Shown piece after piece: positions 29,409-43,900 of a stretch of 64,000 nucleotides of DNA (position 1 is the first letter of the stretch; every line of letters starts with the position of its first letter). The stretch is from NCBI RefSeq assembly GCF_009914755.1, contig NC_060931.1; one strand, written 5' to 3'. The position numbers were made by a program, and so were the translations under genes. The notes beneath the pieces are model-generated. The model saw only the letters and a list, made by a program, of their open reading frames with translations. It was not told the origin of the DNA and searched no databases. Source of the stretch: the human T2T-CHM13v2.0 reference genome, Homo sapiens.

Positions 29409-29964
29409 TATTAGTCACGGTTCTCCAGAGGGACAGAACTAATAGGATATATGTATATATGAAAGGGAGTTTATTAAGAAGAATTGACTCAGAGGATCAC
29501 AAGGTGAAGCCCCATGATAGGCCATCTGCAAGCTGAGGAGCAAGGAAGCCAGTAGTGGCTCCGTCCCAGTCCCAAAGCCTCAAAAGTAGGGAAGCTGACA
29601 GTGCAGCCTTCAGTCTGTGGCTGAAGGCTGGAGAGCCCCTGGCAAACCACTGGTGTAAATCCAAGAGTCCAAAGGCCAGAGAACCTGGAGTCTGATGTTC
29701 AAGGGCAGGAAGCGTCCAGCATGGGAGAAAGGTGAAAGCCAGAAGACTCAGCAAACCAGTTTATTCCACCTTCTTCTGCCTGCTTTTTCTACTGACACTG
29801 GCAAGCGATTGGATGCTGCCCACCCACATTGGGGGTGGGTCTTCCTCTCCCAGTCCACTGACTCAAATGTTAATCTCCTCTGGCAGCATCCTCGCAGACA
29901 CACCCAGAAACAATATTTTACATCCTTTAATCCAGTCAAGTTGACACTTAATATTAACCATCAC
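29409..29964 (-). mobile_element. MLT2A-like (HERV-L) solo LTR
   Basis: tattagtcacggttctccagagggacagaactaatagg...aagttgacacttaatattaaccatcac. Confidence 0.8.
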
Positions 29965-31289
29965 CAAAACTGTCATTATTTTAAGAGAATATGATTGTTT
30001 ACCTAGAAAATCCCAGCAACCTAAAAATTATTGGAAAATAAGCTAATTTATAAAGGTAGCTAGATGTAAGGTTAAGACACAAAAGTTAATGTATTTTTAT
30101 ATATCAGTATAAAACAATTAGTAAGGATGAGTTTTTAAAGGGTCATTTTTTTTTCACAGCCTCTTATTAGTATTCTATAAAATTCTGGGAAAAAGTTAGA
30201 TATTACAAGCCTTATGGTGAAAATTACTTTCAGATTCTCAATTTTGACTGTACATGAGGATCACCTTGACAGATTAAAATATATCCCAATGTCCAGGTCT
30301 TGCCCAAGCAATTAAATCAGAATCTCTTATATGAGACTCAAGAATTATGCCTTGTAGAGCTCCCCAGATAATTCCAGTGTGCAGCAAAGGTTAAGAAGAG
30401 TAGAGCATTAATCTCATTTACATTTTTCTGAGATGAAGTAAATTTTATTAGCATAGTATCATGTTCAGATGAACTTGTATTGAATGCAGCATAAAGGATT
30501 ACTTTTATGCAAATAAGTATCAACAGTTTGGATTTCATTTCTTTTAGTGAGTCCTTGTAATTCAGTATTTTCTGGATATTTCTAAGGAACTAGAAAAAGG
30601 GATGGGAGAACATCTCATGACAGCAGCATTCACTTCAAGGTCCCTAGCTGTGTGAGTCAACAGGCTTTGGGTCTTCTTAGTATCCCCAACAAGAGCATTT
30701 GCCAATCCAAATCATTTTCTTCCAAGATTCATGTCCTGGGTGTCTCTGGAGATCCATTGCCTTCCCATCTTCTTTTGCCCTTTTGTTCCCAACATCAACT
30801 TCTCAGACTCAGGAGTCACATTTTTGTTACACATTATTATACCTTTTCATAAACACATTCCCTATCCTCACTTTCTCACCCTTGATCACGGTATTCTCAC
30901 TATTCCATATTAATCATATTTCTAGGAGAGACGTACTACCTCCCAGCCACCTTCCCACTCTATTTTCAGCATTCCTGAGATTCCTCAGGAGAATTCTTAG
31001 AGTCTGCTCAAGTTTTAGGGATCCATGTTCAATGTATTTCACTAAGTACCCTATTTAAAAATGTTACTCCAGCACTCACAATTTTACTTTATTTTTTCCC
31101 ATAGCACTTATCTGATATCATTCATGCATATTTTATTTTATTTATTTGTTAGCAACCTGTGTTCTAAACTAGAATGTATGCTCCATAAGGACAAGGATTT
31201 TTTTTTTTCCACAAAAAATTGCTGGGTCACAGCTTGTCACCAGGATATTTGGGGGAGACTGTGGGTGAAGCAAGTTGATCTGGGGGTAA

Positions 31290-32580
31290 TATTTAGAGTT
31301 CATTTTTGAACATGCTAAGTTTGAGATATATATATATATAAAATCTAATATATTAGATTTAACTAATTTTAAAATAGTTAAAATATTAATTTTTATTAAT
31401 ATATTTTTATATTTTATTATTAATTTTTAATATATTAGGTTTAACTAATAGTTAACTAACCATATATAGATTAGATTAGATCAGTTATATATGTGAGACT
31501 GGAAGTGAAGGGAAAAATCTAAACTGGAGGTAAATATTTGGGAGTATTTAGACTAAATATGATATTTAAAACTGTAAGACTGGGCCATTAATGTAGGAAA
31601 AGGTGCTGCAGAGCTGAGCAGTCAAGGTGTGTGACTTCACTGAGGACCAGACCACAGAATTCAAGGAGGTTTTCTAGCTGTTTGACTGAACAGGTGATGG
31701 TAAGATCCTGTATAGTCAGTGTGGGGATGTGATGAGGGTCCTGGGTCAGAACCCCACCGATGCTGAGGTGATGCAAGTCCTGGAGATCCCCAAAAGTGAT
31801 GAGATGAATGTGACGGTGCTGGACTTTGGGCACTTCCTGCCCATGTTGCAGGCTGTGGCCAAGAACAGGGACCAGAGCCTATGAGGATTATGTTGAAGGA
31901 CTTTGGGTATTTGACAAGAAGGGGAATGGCACCATCATGGGCACTGAAATCTAGCAAGTCCTTGTCACACTGGGTGAGAAGATGATAGAAGAAGAAGTAA
32001 AGATGCTAGTGCAGGGCATAAGGACAGCAATGGTTGCATCAACTGTGAAGAGCTTGTCCATGGGGTGCCAAATGGCTAAGGACCTTCCCAGTCTCCCCAG
32101 AGCCCGTGCCTTTCCCTGTGTGAGACTTCGTATCTAGCCTGAAGGCTTTCTAGGCTCTTTTGTCACAGCACCTTTCCCATCTTGTCTTTCTTGGATAATG
32201 TTTGGTCAGCTTTTACCAAATAAACTTGCTCTCTCTGCGCCTCCCCAAATAAATGAAACTATAAGACTGATAAAAATTACTAAGGAAGTGGGTATAGATA
32301 GAAAAGAGATGTCCAAGACTAAAACTTGGGAACTACTGATGTTAAGAGGTTGGAGCACCAGTGAGGTAGATGGAAATAAAAAGACCATGATGTCCTGGAA
32401 GCCATGTAAAGAAACTGTTTCCAGGAAGAGGGATTTACCGACTTTGTAAAATGATGCTGATCTCTCAAGCAAAATGTGACCTAACAATTAACCTTTGAAT
32501 TCTGAAATATACAAGTCATTGGCGACTTTGGAAAGAGCAGTTTTAGAGAGAATGCTTTGGAGAAGCTAGATTGGAGCTGG
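31290..32580 (+). mobile_element. L2 fragment, host of the MYL6 retrocopy
   Basis: gagttcatttttgaacatgctaagtttgag..., tggaagccatgtaaagaaactgtttccagg, gactttggaaagagcagtttt. Confidence 0.7.
31583..32255 (+). pseudogene. MYL6P4: Processed pseudogene of myosin light chain 6
   Basis: Intronless MYL6 mRNA copy: start codon mutated to GTG (31627), CDFTEDQTTEFKE..., stops and frameshifts, stop 32077-32079, 3'UTR with aataaa, TSD aaact(g/a)taagactg. The P4 number is from recall. Confidence 0.92.
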
Positions 32581-33884
32581 AGCAATAGGTTGGGGAGGAG
32601 AGGAATTGGAGGAAAATTAGGGAGGAATACTGGAGTGGTTTTCTTGAATAGAAGAGAGGGGATGCGATCTCATGAGGCTTAGCCTTAAACAGGAACTATT
32701 AAAATCCTCAAAAAGATAATCAGGAAAGCTTATATAAAAACAAAGTCATCTATTATTAATCTCTCCAGCTAGGGAAAACTTCATTAAGAGCAGAACATCA
32801 ACAATGTACACAAAAGAGAAGTTACAGAGGGGTTTTTTTTTTAAAGGACTAGATCTGGTGTTAGGATTATAAATTGGGTGATTTCTCTGGGCAGTCTTTT
32901 GGAAATGGGGAATGAATTGGGCTAAATGGGTAGGAGGCAGTCATTTTTAATTGGCTTGGGAGCACAGAGTGGGGCATTATGTGTTTTTCTTTCTCTTTTC
33001 ATCTAAATTCTGAAACTTGCGGTCTTCTCTTTCCAGACCATGGTGTGGTTTGTTCTTGCTTGTTTTGCAGGATTGGTAATCTTCTGATAGGTAGGATTGT
33101 TAGTTTGACTTGCATTTCTCAGACTGTCTTTCGATCATTCTCTGGTTGAGGCTCTGTGATTGATAATTTTGGTGATCGATCCAGATATACATTTTTGTTT
33201 GTATGTCTTTTGTCATATTGATAGTCATTTCAGTTTCAACAAATGCTATTCTTCCTTGTTGCTTCTGCTGCATAATTGTTTGTTGAATCATTTGATGAGA
33301 CAGTGGATGCATGGCAGCATTTAAGGTAGAGATCACACATTTGAATACAGCACAGTTTGTAATTCACTTTTAAGCCTGGAACAAAACAAGTCTAAATTAA
33401 ACCAAGAGAACAGGTCCCATTCCCAATCTAGAAAGCCCCCAGGATGAGATATGAGTATGTTAGCCAAATCACCTAAACTGTTGATTTGTTTGTTTACTAT
33501 TCCTTATAGTAATATTAAAGATTCCAAAATGGTCTGTAGAGATGTAAGTTCAAAGTCTTTCCTTAAAATGGCACATGTGTGCTTTGAGAGGCTAATAATA
33601 TATACAAGCCTATCTTGTTTTGAACCATAACCTGTCCAGTCTCAAAATGTCTCTGATGTGGAGCTGTATGGCCTCAGAGACATTGTCTAGCTCTTCCGTC
33701 AATCTCTGAACCATTGTGTAGTACTTACCATATTTTTTAGGCCTATAAAACAATTAAGATGCTTGAGGACAGAAGAAGGAAGCATAGAATCTCCCCTCAG
33801 TTGTTAAAGTTTTGAGTCTCCAGTTGAGTCTCAGTCTTTATCCTTCTTGAGTTTAGTTATATTTAAACATCTCATCTCTTTTTA

Positions 33885-34219
<335 letters not shown>

Positions 34220-35520
34220 TAGAACCAGGTTGATGTCAGGAGCTGTCTGGAAGGCAGGCATGAGTTTACTGAGATAATACATGACCGTCCAATTTGCAGG
34301 TAGTACTCAATGAGCTTTTGTACTGCAATTCTAATGCATGTCATTGGAGGCAATTTAATGATCTGCTTTCAGACAAAATATCCCTATGGGATTGTGTAAT
34401 TGTGCCACAGGGGTGTGGTGCCACTCAGAAAAATTGGTTTGGTATCAGAAAGTGAAATCAACAGTAGATCAAAAGTAGATAAACAGTAGATGTATAGTAC
34501 AAGTACTAAGTTGAACTTAGTAGTTAGCCCTTATTGTGGGATCTGTAAAAATGAGTCAGCTTCTACTTGTGGACTATTTATTTCTTTGTCTTTTTCTAAA
34601 CTCTAATATTGGAAAAGTTTGTGAAGGCTACCTCCTGTGCAAGGTGTTCTGGTTTTCATCCTAAGTGTGATCTGATAATGAGTTTTTGAGTTTTGGTTGT
34701 CTGACCTGTTATGGTGTTTGCCATCTAAAAATTTGGGTAGTAGTTGATTTATATTTTGAGGAAACCAACTATTTATTAGCAGAGACTGATAGTAATAGTC
34801 ACTAAGTGTTACTCAAAGGAAAGTGTTTATAAACACAATTAGTTTGTGTGATTTAGCCATATCATGAGTGAATTGTAGCTAGATGTTGATTCATTCCAAG
34901 AAGTGATTAGGGATGCACAGAGTAGTATTAAGGAATGTTATCAATTAAAAGTAACAAATGTGTGTTAGCAATTTAGAAGCTTGAACTGGGAGAAAATAAA
35001 GAAAATAGCTAGGAAAATAAAAACAGGAGCGTGCAGGTTAAAAAATGGGACATGGGATGTGAGTTTATTTATGGTTTCAGTCATCTGGACCTTGTTCTGT
35101 GAGGCTTAGGAAGAACCTGTCTAGAGCAAGAAGTCATCTGTTTGTCTGAAGATCTGTGAAAGATGTCATGTACTTCTGGAAGATGCCTGGATATGCTTAG
35201 CTTGAGATCACCCAAATGTTCAGATTTCCAAGTAGAACAGGATATTTGAAATTCTGAAACAAGACCAAGTTGTTACTTGAAGTTTGACCAATGTGTGCTT
35301 TCAGTGGTATTCAGTAATGTTCTTTCCAATGAGCTTCAAAAACAGTCTTTCTTTGAAATCTTTAGTATCTCAGCAATGGATGAGAAAAGTTATGTTGTGG
35401 AAAAATAGCTTGAACCTGTTGGTGATATGACTAAATATACCAATTTAGTCTCTTATGAGTAGTTTGGCTAATTTCAATTTTGTCATCCTTTTATCCTTTC
35501 TACTTTCCTAGAATATTGAG

Positions 35521-36093
35521 TGTAATAAGGGCAAGGAAGTTTTTTTTTTTTTGTAAGTGCCAAGAACTTACAAAATTCTTGGGGGGCAGTTCCCATTAAA
35601 TGTGTTTCCCTGTCACTAGACAGATTACTGTGAATACCCATGTAGGAAACACAAAATCTAAAATCTCTTTGTATTGCAAGAACAATTACTTTTCTAAACA
35701 CAATCTCTGCAGCGACCTGCCTGGGAAGCCAAACCATTCTAAAACGCTGAAAACATTTTAGAATGGTTGGAATATGGTCAATAACTGCCAGCTTCCCTAT
35801 TTTTTGTCCCTGTTTCCAATTTGGGATCACCCAGAGAAATCCAGATATACTTCCCAAACCAAACACATAAGATGCCTCGTTTCTAGCTGGCCCAGCTTCT
35901 CCATGCCAACAACCTCTAATCAGAGCATACTTGAAGCCTTTCCTGTTTTTTATTGCAAAGCTTTACCCTTTCCTGCCTGCCTTTGAATCTCTGCCGAATG
36001 CTAGTGATGGTGGCTGATTGCCTTGCTGCAGCAAGCTCTGAGTAAATTGACTATATTTTTTTCTCATTTGGGTGTTCTTTGTTTATTTATACA
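35521..36093 (+). mobile_element. ERV1-type solo LTR (MER34/MER4-group-like)
   Basis: tgtaa...aca ends; cttgctgcagcaagctctgagtaaa R-region motif. Confidence 0.5.
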
Positions 36094-37210
36094 GTAGATA
36101 TAGTTACATCAGAGTCTGTAAGGAATTCCATGATTTTCCTTTAACAATTAGGCTGAATAGTCCTTGAGAGGATTATGGAAGACAAGAAACTCTGTGATAC
36201 CAATAGTTCCCTTGGGCACCATATTTGGTCATCTTTAAAGAAAACTTTCTTTTTATTTTTGAATAAGGTGGATCACTGGCTTTTGCTATGGACCTTTTCT
36301 TGGCAATATCTGCAGGTATCATGATCTTTCATTCCGTATGCCTGGAAGATGCAGATTGATTGGTAATTTCAAATGATGTTAGTAAATCCTCTTTTTTTGG
36401 TCTGTTTTCTAGGTCTCATTTAAAGTATTCAGCAATACTCCATGGTTCTTTTATGCCGAAGTCTTTTGTTCTAATTTACTTTTTCTATTAGATCTACTAT
36501 ATCAGATTTTAGTCCATTGATGAAGACAGGACAAAGTTCCCTTGATCTCATTTTTTACATTAACTCCAGAATAGTGTTGGAAGACCTGTATAAGTCGATT
36601 TCTGTAGTCATCAATAGACTCCTTATTTTTCTTGTTTATAGGACGGAATTTTTGTTCAATCTTTGGCACGGGGTAAGTTTTAGTCTTTAAAAGTTATTTA
36701 CTAACTTGCTTTGCTATATTCAGCCCTTTCCTGTTATTGAGAACTAGGGTTTTTTTAGATTGCCTTCAGCTTCTAGCCAGCCTGCACTATTTATCCATTT
36801 TAAAAGACAATGGATTGGCTTATTAAGATGAATCAATTGAAAAGTATCAGTTAGTACATGTCTAATAGAATTCTGAATGCACTAAGTTTAAATTCTACTT
36901 GCACACGGCAATTTTCGTGCTTATTAATCTCCTCCTGAGGGGTTCTCTGAGGAAAAGGAAGTCAAGAAGCAGATTGGGAGGGCTAAAAGAGTGGTAGGAA
37001 GACAGGGAGGATTAAGTAGGATAAAAGGAAACCGATGTCCTATGGAGAACTGTAGACCCAAGATTGAAATAGATATATATTTATCCTTTGCTAGAGAATC
37101 CATTAAGCACACCAATCACATTTCTTTCAGAGATTTCTGCATACTAGCTTGACAAATGCCAACCATTGGATGTTCAAAATCTTACTACTTTTTCAGTATA
37201 TCTCTAAGAT

Positions 37211-37788
37211 TGTGGTTAACAGCTTCAAATATGGATCCCAATAATCTACTATATCTGGTAGTCATAGTCACATCTATTGTGGAATCTTTTCCCCTTTAGT
37301 ATTGGCTAGACCTAGTGACTTGTTTCTATTGGATTGACTATAGCAAAAGTGATGGGCTGCTACTCTGAGTTAAGTTACAAAAGACCGTAACTTGCACCTT
37401 TTCTCTTGCCTTCTCTCTTGCTTGTTTTGATAAAGCAAACTGCCATGTTGTGAGCTGCCCTTTGTGGAGGCCCACATGGCAAGGAACTGAGAGTGACCTC
37501 CAGTCAACAGCCAGTGAGGAACTGAGGCCCTCTGTTCAACAGTACAGGAGAAACTGAATCATGCCAGCAACCATGTGAAGGGGCTTGGAAATAGATACAC
37601 ACTAGTAAAACCTTAAGGCACTGGTCAACACCTTGACTGCAGCTGTTTGAGGGAATCAATCGCCAAAAGACCGAATAAGCCATGCCTGGATTTCTGACCA
37701 ACAGAAACTGTGAGATGATAAGTGTTTGTTGCTTTAAGCCTCTGAGTTTTGGGGTAACTTGTTGCATAGTAGTAGATTACTAATAGAC
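37211..37788 (+). mobile_element. MLT1 (E/F-like) MaLR LTR
   Basis: ccacatggcaaggaactgag, cagaaactgtgagatgataa and ttttggggtaacttgtt motifs. Confidence 0.75.
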
Positions 37789-37909
37789 ATACAATTTTGT
37801 TTTTTATTTTTTATATTATTTTGTTTTTTATATTTTTTTTTTTTTGAGACGGTGTGCAGTGGCACCATCTGGGCTCACTGCAAGCTCTGCCTCCCGGGTT
37901 CACGCCATG

Positions 37910-40900
37910 TTTTTTTAATTTTTGTGGGTAGATAGTAGGCGTATATATTTATAGGTTACATGAAATATTTTAATACAGGCATGAAATGTGTAATAACCAC
38001 ATCAGGATAAAGAGGATATTCATCACCTCAAGTATTTGTCCTTTGTGTTTCACACAATACAATTATACTCTTTTAGTTATTTTTTAATTTTTTATTTTTT
38101 GAGACGGAGTCTCACTCTGTCACCCAGGCTGGAGTGCAGTGGTGTGATCTCGGGTCACTGCAACCTCTGCCTCACATTTTTTAAATCTATTCATCTATTG
38201 ATGGGCTCTCAGATTGCTTCCAAATCTTGGGTATTGTGAATAGTGCTGCAACCAACACTGGAGTGCAGGCATCTCTTTAATATACAGATTTCCTTTCTTT
38301 TGAGTATATACCTAGGAATGGTGGCTCTATTGGTAGTTTTCGGAGGAAGCTTCAGACTGTTCTCCATAGTGGTTGCACTAATTTACATGCCCACCAACAG
38401 TCTATGAGGGTTCTCTTTTCTCCATATTCTTGCCAGCATTTGCTATTGCCTGTCTTTTGGGTATCAGCCATTTTAACTGAAACGAGATAATATCTCATTG
38501 TAGTTTTGATTTGCATTTCTCTGATGACCAGTGATGTTGAGCACCTTTTCATATGCATTTGCATTTGTATCTTCTTTTGAGAAATGTCTATTCAAATTTT
38601 TTGCCCATTTCTTAATGGGATGATGAGATTTTTTTTTCTCTAGATTTGTTCAAGCTCCTTATATGTTCTGGTTATTAATTCCTTGTCAGATGGATAATTT
38701 GCAAATATTTTCTCCCATTCTGTGTGTTGTCTCTTCACTTTGTTAATTTTTTTTTTCTGTGCAGAAGCTTTTTGACTTGATGTGATCCCATTTGTCTATT
38801 TTTGCTTTTGTTGCCTGTGCTTATGGGGTATTACTCAAGAAATTTTTGCCCAGGCCAATATTCTGGAGAGTTTACCCAATGTTTTCTTGTAGTAGTTTCA
38901 TAATTTGAGGTCTTAGATTTAAGTGTTTATTCCATTTTTATTTGATTTTTGTATATGGTGAGAAATAGGGGTCTAGTTTTATTTTTCTGCATATAGATAT
39001 CCAGTTTTCTTGCACCATATTTTGAAGAGACTGTCTTTTCTCCAGTGTATATTCTTGACACCTGTGTTGCAAATGAGTTCACTGTAGGTGTGTGCATTTG
39101 TTTCTGGGTTCTATATTCAGTTCCATTGGTCTATGTATCTGTTTTGATGCCAGTACCATGCTGTTTTGGTTACTATAGCTCTGTAGCATAATTGAAGTCA
39201 GGTAATATGATTCCTCCATGTTTTTTCTTTTTGCTTAGGATAACTTTGTCTATTCTGGGTCTTTTGTGGTTCTATATAAATTTTAGGATTGTTTTCTCTA
39301 TTTCTATGAAGAATGTCATTGGTATTTTGGTAGGATTACACTGAATCTGTAAATTTCTTTCAGTAGTATGAACATTTTAGCAATATTCTTCCAATCCATG
39401 AACATGGAATATCTTTCCATTTTTTGGTGTTCTATTAAATTTCTTTCATCAGTGTTTTATAGTTTTCATTATGGAGATCTTTCCCTTTGATGGTTAATTC
39501 CTAGATATTTTATTTTATTTGTGGCTATCATAATTGGGATTACTTTTTTGATTTCTTTTTCAGTGTGTTCACTGTTGGCATATTGAAATGCTATTGATTT
39601 TTGTATGTTTATTTTGTATCCTGAAACTACTGAATTTGTTAATCAGTTTTAATAGTTTTTTTTGTGAAGTCTTTAGGTTTTTCCAAATGTATATTATATC
39701 ATCTGCAAACAAGGATAATTTGACATTTTCCATTCCAATTTGAATATCCTTTATTTTTTCTCTTGTCTGATTGCTCTAGCTAGGAATTCTAGTAGTATAT
39801 TGAATAATTGTTGTGAAAGTGGGCATCCTTGTCATGTTCTAGATCTTAGAGGAAAGGCTTTTGGTTTCAATTTTTCCTCATTTAATATGATACCAGCTGT
39901 GGGCCTGTCACATATGGCTTTTATTATGTTGAAGCATGTTCCTTCTATATCCAGTTTTTTGAAGGTTTTTATCATGAAGGCATGTTGAATTTTATTAATT
40001 GAATTTTCAGCATTAATTGAAATGATTATATGGTTTTTGTCCTTCTGTTGATATGATATATCACATTGATTGATTTACATATGTTGAACCATCCTTGCAT
40101 TCCAGCAATACATCCCACTTGGTCATGATGAATGATCTTTTTAATGTGTTGTTGAATTTACGTTGTTAGCATTTTGTTAAATATTTTTGCATCTGTATTC
40201 ATCAGTGATATTGGCTTGTAGTTTTCTGTTTTTGATGTATCTTTGTCTGATTTTGATATCAGGATAATACTGGCTTCATTCCCTCTTTCTTTATTTTTTG
40301 GAATAGTTTGAGTAGGATTGGTATTAGTTCTTCTTTAAATGTTTGGTAGAATTCATCAGTGAAGCCATCAGGTCCTGGGCTTTTCTTTACTGGAAGCCTT
40401 TTTACTAAGGCTTTGATCTTGTTACTTGTTATTGATCTGTTCAGATTTTTTATTTTTTTCATGCTGCCATCATGGTAGGCTGGATGTGTCTAGAAAATTG
40501 TCAATTTCTTCTAGGTTTTCTAACTTACTGGCACATAATTTCTCATAATAGCCACTAATGATCTTTTAAATTTCTGTGCTATCAATTGTAATGTCTCCCT
40601 TTACATCTCTGATTTTATTTATTTGAATCTTTCTTCTTAGTTAGTCTGGCTAAAAGTTTGTCAATTCTGTTTAACTTTTCAAAAAACTTTTTGTTTCATT
40701 CCTCATTTGTATTGTTTTCTTCATTTCAATTTCATTTATTTCTGCTCTGATCTTTATTATTTTTTTCCCTCTACTAATTTTGGATGTGGTAGAAAAGCTC
40801 TTGCTTTTCTAGCTCTTTAAGAGACATTATTAGGTTGTTTATTTCAAGTTGTTCTTTTTTGATATAGGAACTTATAGCTATAAACATCCGTCTTAGTACT

Positions 40901-43900
40901 GCTTCTGTTGTACCACAAGCTTTTGTATGTTGTGTTTCCATTATTGTTTGTTTCAAGAAATTTTACATTTCCTTTCTAATTTCTTTATTGACCCATTGGT
41001 CATTCAGGAGCATATTGTTTAATTTTTGTGTATTTGTATAGCTTCCACATTCCTCTTGCTGCTGATTTCCAGCTTTATTCCACTGTGGTCAGAGAAGATA
41101 CTTATTAATATTTCATTTTTTTGAATGTTTTAGGACTTGTTCTGTGACCTAATATATGGTCTATCCATGAGAATGATCCATGTCCTGAGGAAAAGAATAT
41201 GTATTCTGTAGCTGTTAAATGAAATGTTCTATAAATATCTAGTAAGTTCATTTGGTCTATAGTGAAGATTAAGTCTGATGTTTCTTTGTTGATTTTCTGG
41301 GAAGATCTGTCCAATGCTGAAAGTGGGGTGTTGAAGTCTCCAGCTATTATTGTATTGGAACCTGTCTCTCTCTTTAGCTCTAATATTTGCTTTATATATT
41401 TGGGTGCTCCAGTGTTGGGTACATATATATTTAAAATTGTTATACCCTCTCACTGAATGACCCCTGTATCATTATATAGTGACCTTCTTTGTCTTTTATA
41501 GTTTTTGTCTTGAATTCTATTTTGTCTGATATAAGTGTAGCTACTCCCACTCTTTTAGTTTCCATTGGTATGTTATATATTTTTCCATCTCTAAATTTTT
41601 AGTTTATATGTCTCTTTATAGGTGAAGTGTGTTTCTTTTGTTTGTTTGTTTGTTTAATTATACTTTAAGTTCTGGGGTACATGTGCAGAACGTGCAGTTT
41701 TGTCACATAGGTACACACATGCCCTGGTGGTTTGCTGCATCCATCAACCTGTCATCTACATTAGGTATTTCTCCTAATGCTATCCCTCCCCTAGCCCCGA
41801 CCCCCCAACAGGCCCCAGTGTGTGGTGGTCCCCTCCCTGTGTCCATGTCTTCTCACTCTTCAACTCTCACTGATGAGTGAGAACATGCAGTGTTTGGTTT
41901 TCTGTTCTTGTGTTAGTTTACTGACACAAGATTACTGAGATTGATGGTTTCCAGCTTCATCCATGTCCCTACAAAGGACAGGAACTCATCCTTTTTTATG
42001 GCTGCATAGTATTCCATCGTGTATACGTGCCACATTTTCTTTATCCAGTCTATCATTGATGGGCATTTGGGTTGGTTCCAAGTCTTTGCTATTGTGAATA
42101 GTGCCACAATAAACATATGTGTGCATGTGTCTTTATAGTAGAATGACTTATAATCCTGTGAGTATATACGCAGTAATGGGATTGCTGGGTCAAATGGTAT
42201 TTCTAGTTCTAGATCCTTGAGGAATCACCACACTATCTTCCACAATGGTTGAACTAATTTACACTCCCACCAACAGTGTAAAAGTGTTCCTATTTCTCCA
42301 CATCCTCTCCAGCATCTGTTGTTTCCTGACTTTTTAATGATTGCCATTCTAACTGGCATGAGATGGTATCTCATTGTGGTTTTGTTTTGCATTTCTCTAA
42401 TGACCAGTGATGATGAGCATTTTTTCATGTTTGTTGGCTGTATAAATGTCTTCTTTTGAGAAGTGTCTGTTCATATCTTTTGCCCACTTTTGGATAGGGT
42501 TTTTTTTTTTCTTGTAAATTTGTTTAAGTTCTTTGTAGATTCTGGATATTAGCCCTTTGTCAGATGGATAGACTGCAAATTTTTCTCCCATTCTGTAGGT
42601 TGCCAGTTCACTCTGATGATAATTTCTTTTGCTGTGCAGAAGATCTTTAGCTTAATTAGATCCCATTTGTTTATTTTGGCTTTTGTGTGTTTCTTTTAGG
42701 AAATAGATCATTGGATCTTGTTTTCTTAATGCATTCAGCAAGTCTATGTCCTTTGATTGGAGAGTTTAGTCCATTTATGTTCAATGTTATTATTGATAAG
42801 TAAGCACCTACTCCTGCCATTTTGTTATTTGTTTTCTGGTTGTTTTGTGGTCTTCTCTTTCTTATTTCCTTCCTTCCTTTCTTCCTTTTAGTGAAGGTGA
42901 TTTTTTGATGGTATGATTTAAATTCTTGCTTTTTATTTTGTGTGTATTGTATATTTTTTGATTTAGGGTTATCATGAGGCTTGCAAATACTATCTTGTAA
43001 CCCGTTATTTTAAACTAATAACAACTTAATACTGTTTGCATAAAATAACAAATAAGCAAAAAGAAAACTAATAAATAAATAATTTCAGATGGAAATATTC
43101 CCCTTAGCATTTCTTCTAGGACATGTCTGGAGCTAATGAAGTCCCTCAGCTATTTGTTTTGGGAAAGCTTTTATTTCTCCTTTTTGTCTGAAGGATATTT
43201 TTGACAAATATACTACTCCAGGGTAAAAGATTTTTTTCCTTCAGCACTTGAAATATGTCATGCTACTCTTACATGCTTGTAAATTTTCCACTGAAAAGTC
43301 TGCTGCCAGGTGTATTGCAGCTCCATGGTATATTTTTTGTTTCTTTCCTCTTGCTGCTTTTAGGATCCTTTCTTTATCATTGACCTTTGGGAGTTTGATT
43401 ATTAAATGCCTTGAGTTAGTCTCCTTTGAATTAAATCTGCTTAGTGTTCTATAACCTTGTACTTGGATATTGATATCTTTTTTAGGCTTGGGAATTTCTC
43501 TGTTATTATCCCTTTGTGTAAACTTTCTACTCCTATCTCTTTCTCTACCTTCTCTTTAAGGCCAATAACTCTTAGATTTGCCCCTTTAAGGCTATTTTCT
43601 AGATCCTGTAGGCATGCTTCACTGATTTTTATTCTTTTTCCTTTTGTCTCTTCTGATTTTGGATTTTCAAATAGCCTGTCTTCAAGCTCACTAATTCTTC
43701 CTTCTGCTTGATCAGTTCTGCTACTAAGAGACTCTGATGCATTCTCAATATGTCAGTTGCATTTTTCAGCTCCAGAATTTCTGCCTGATTCTTTTAAGTT
43801 ATTTTGATATCTTTGTTAAATTTATCTGATAGAATTCTTAATTTATTCTCTGTGTTATCTTGAATTTATTTGAGTTTTCTCAACACAGCTATTTTGAATT

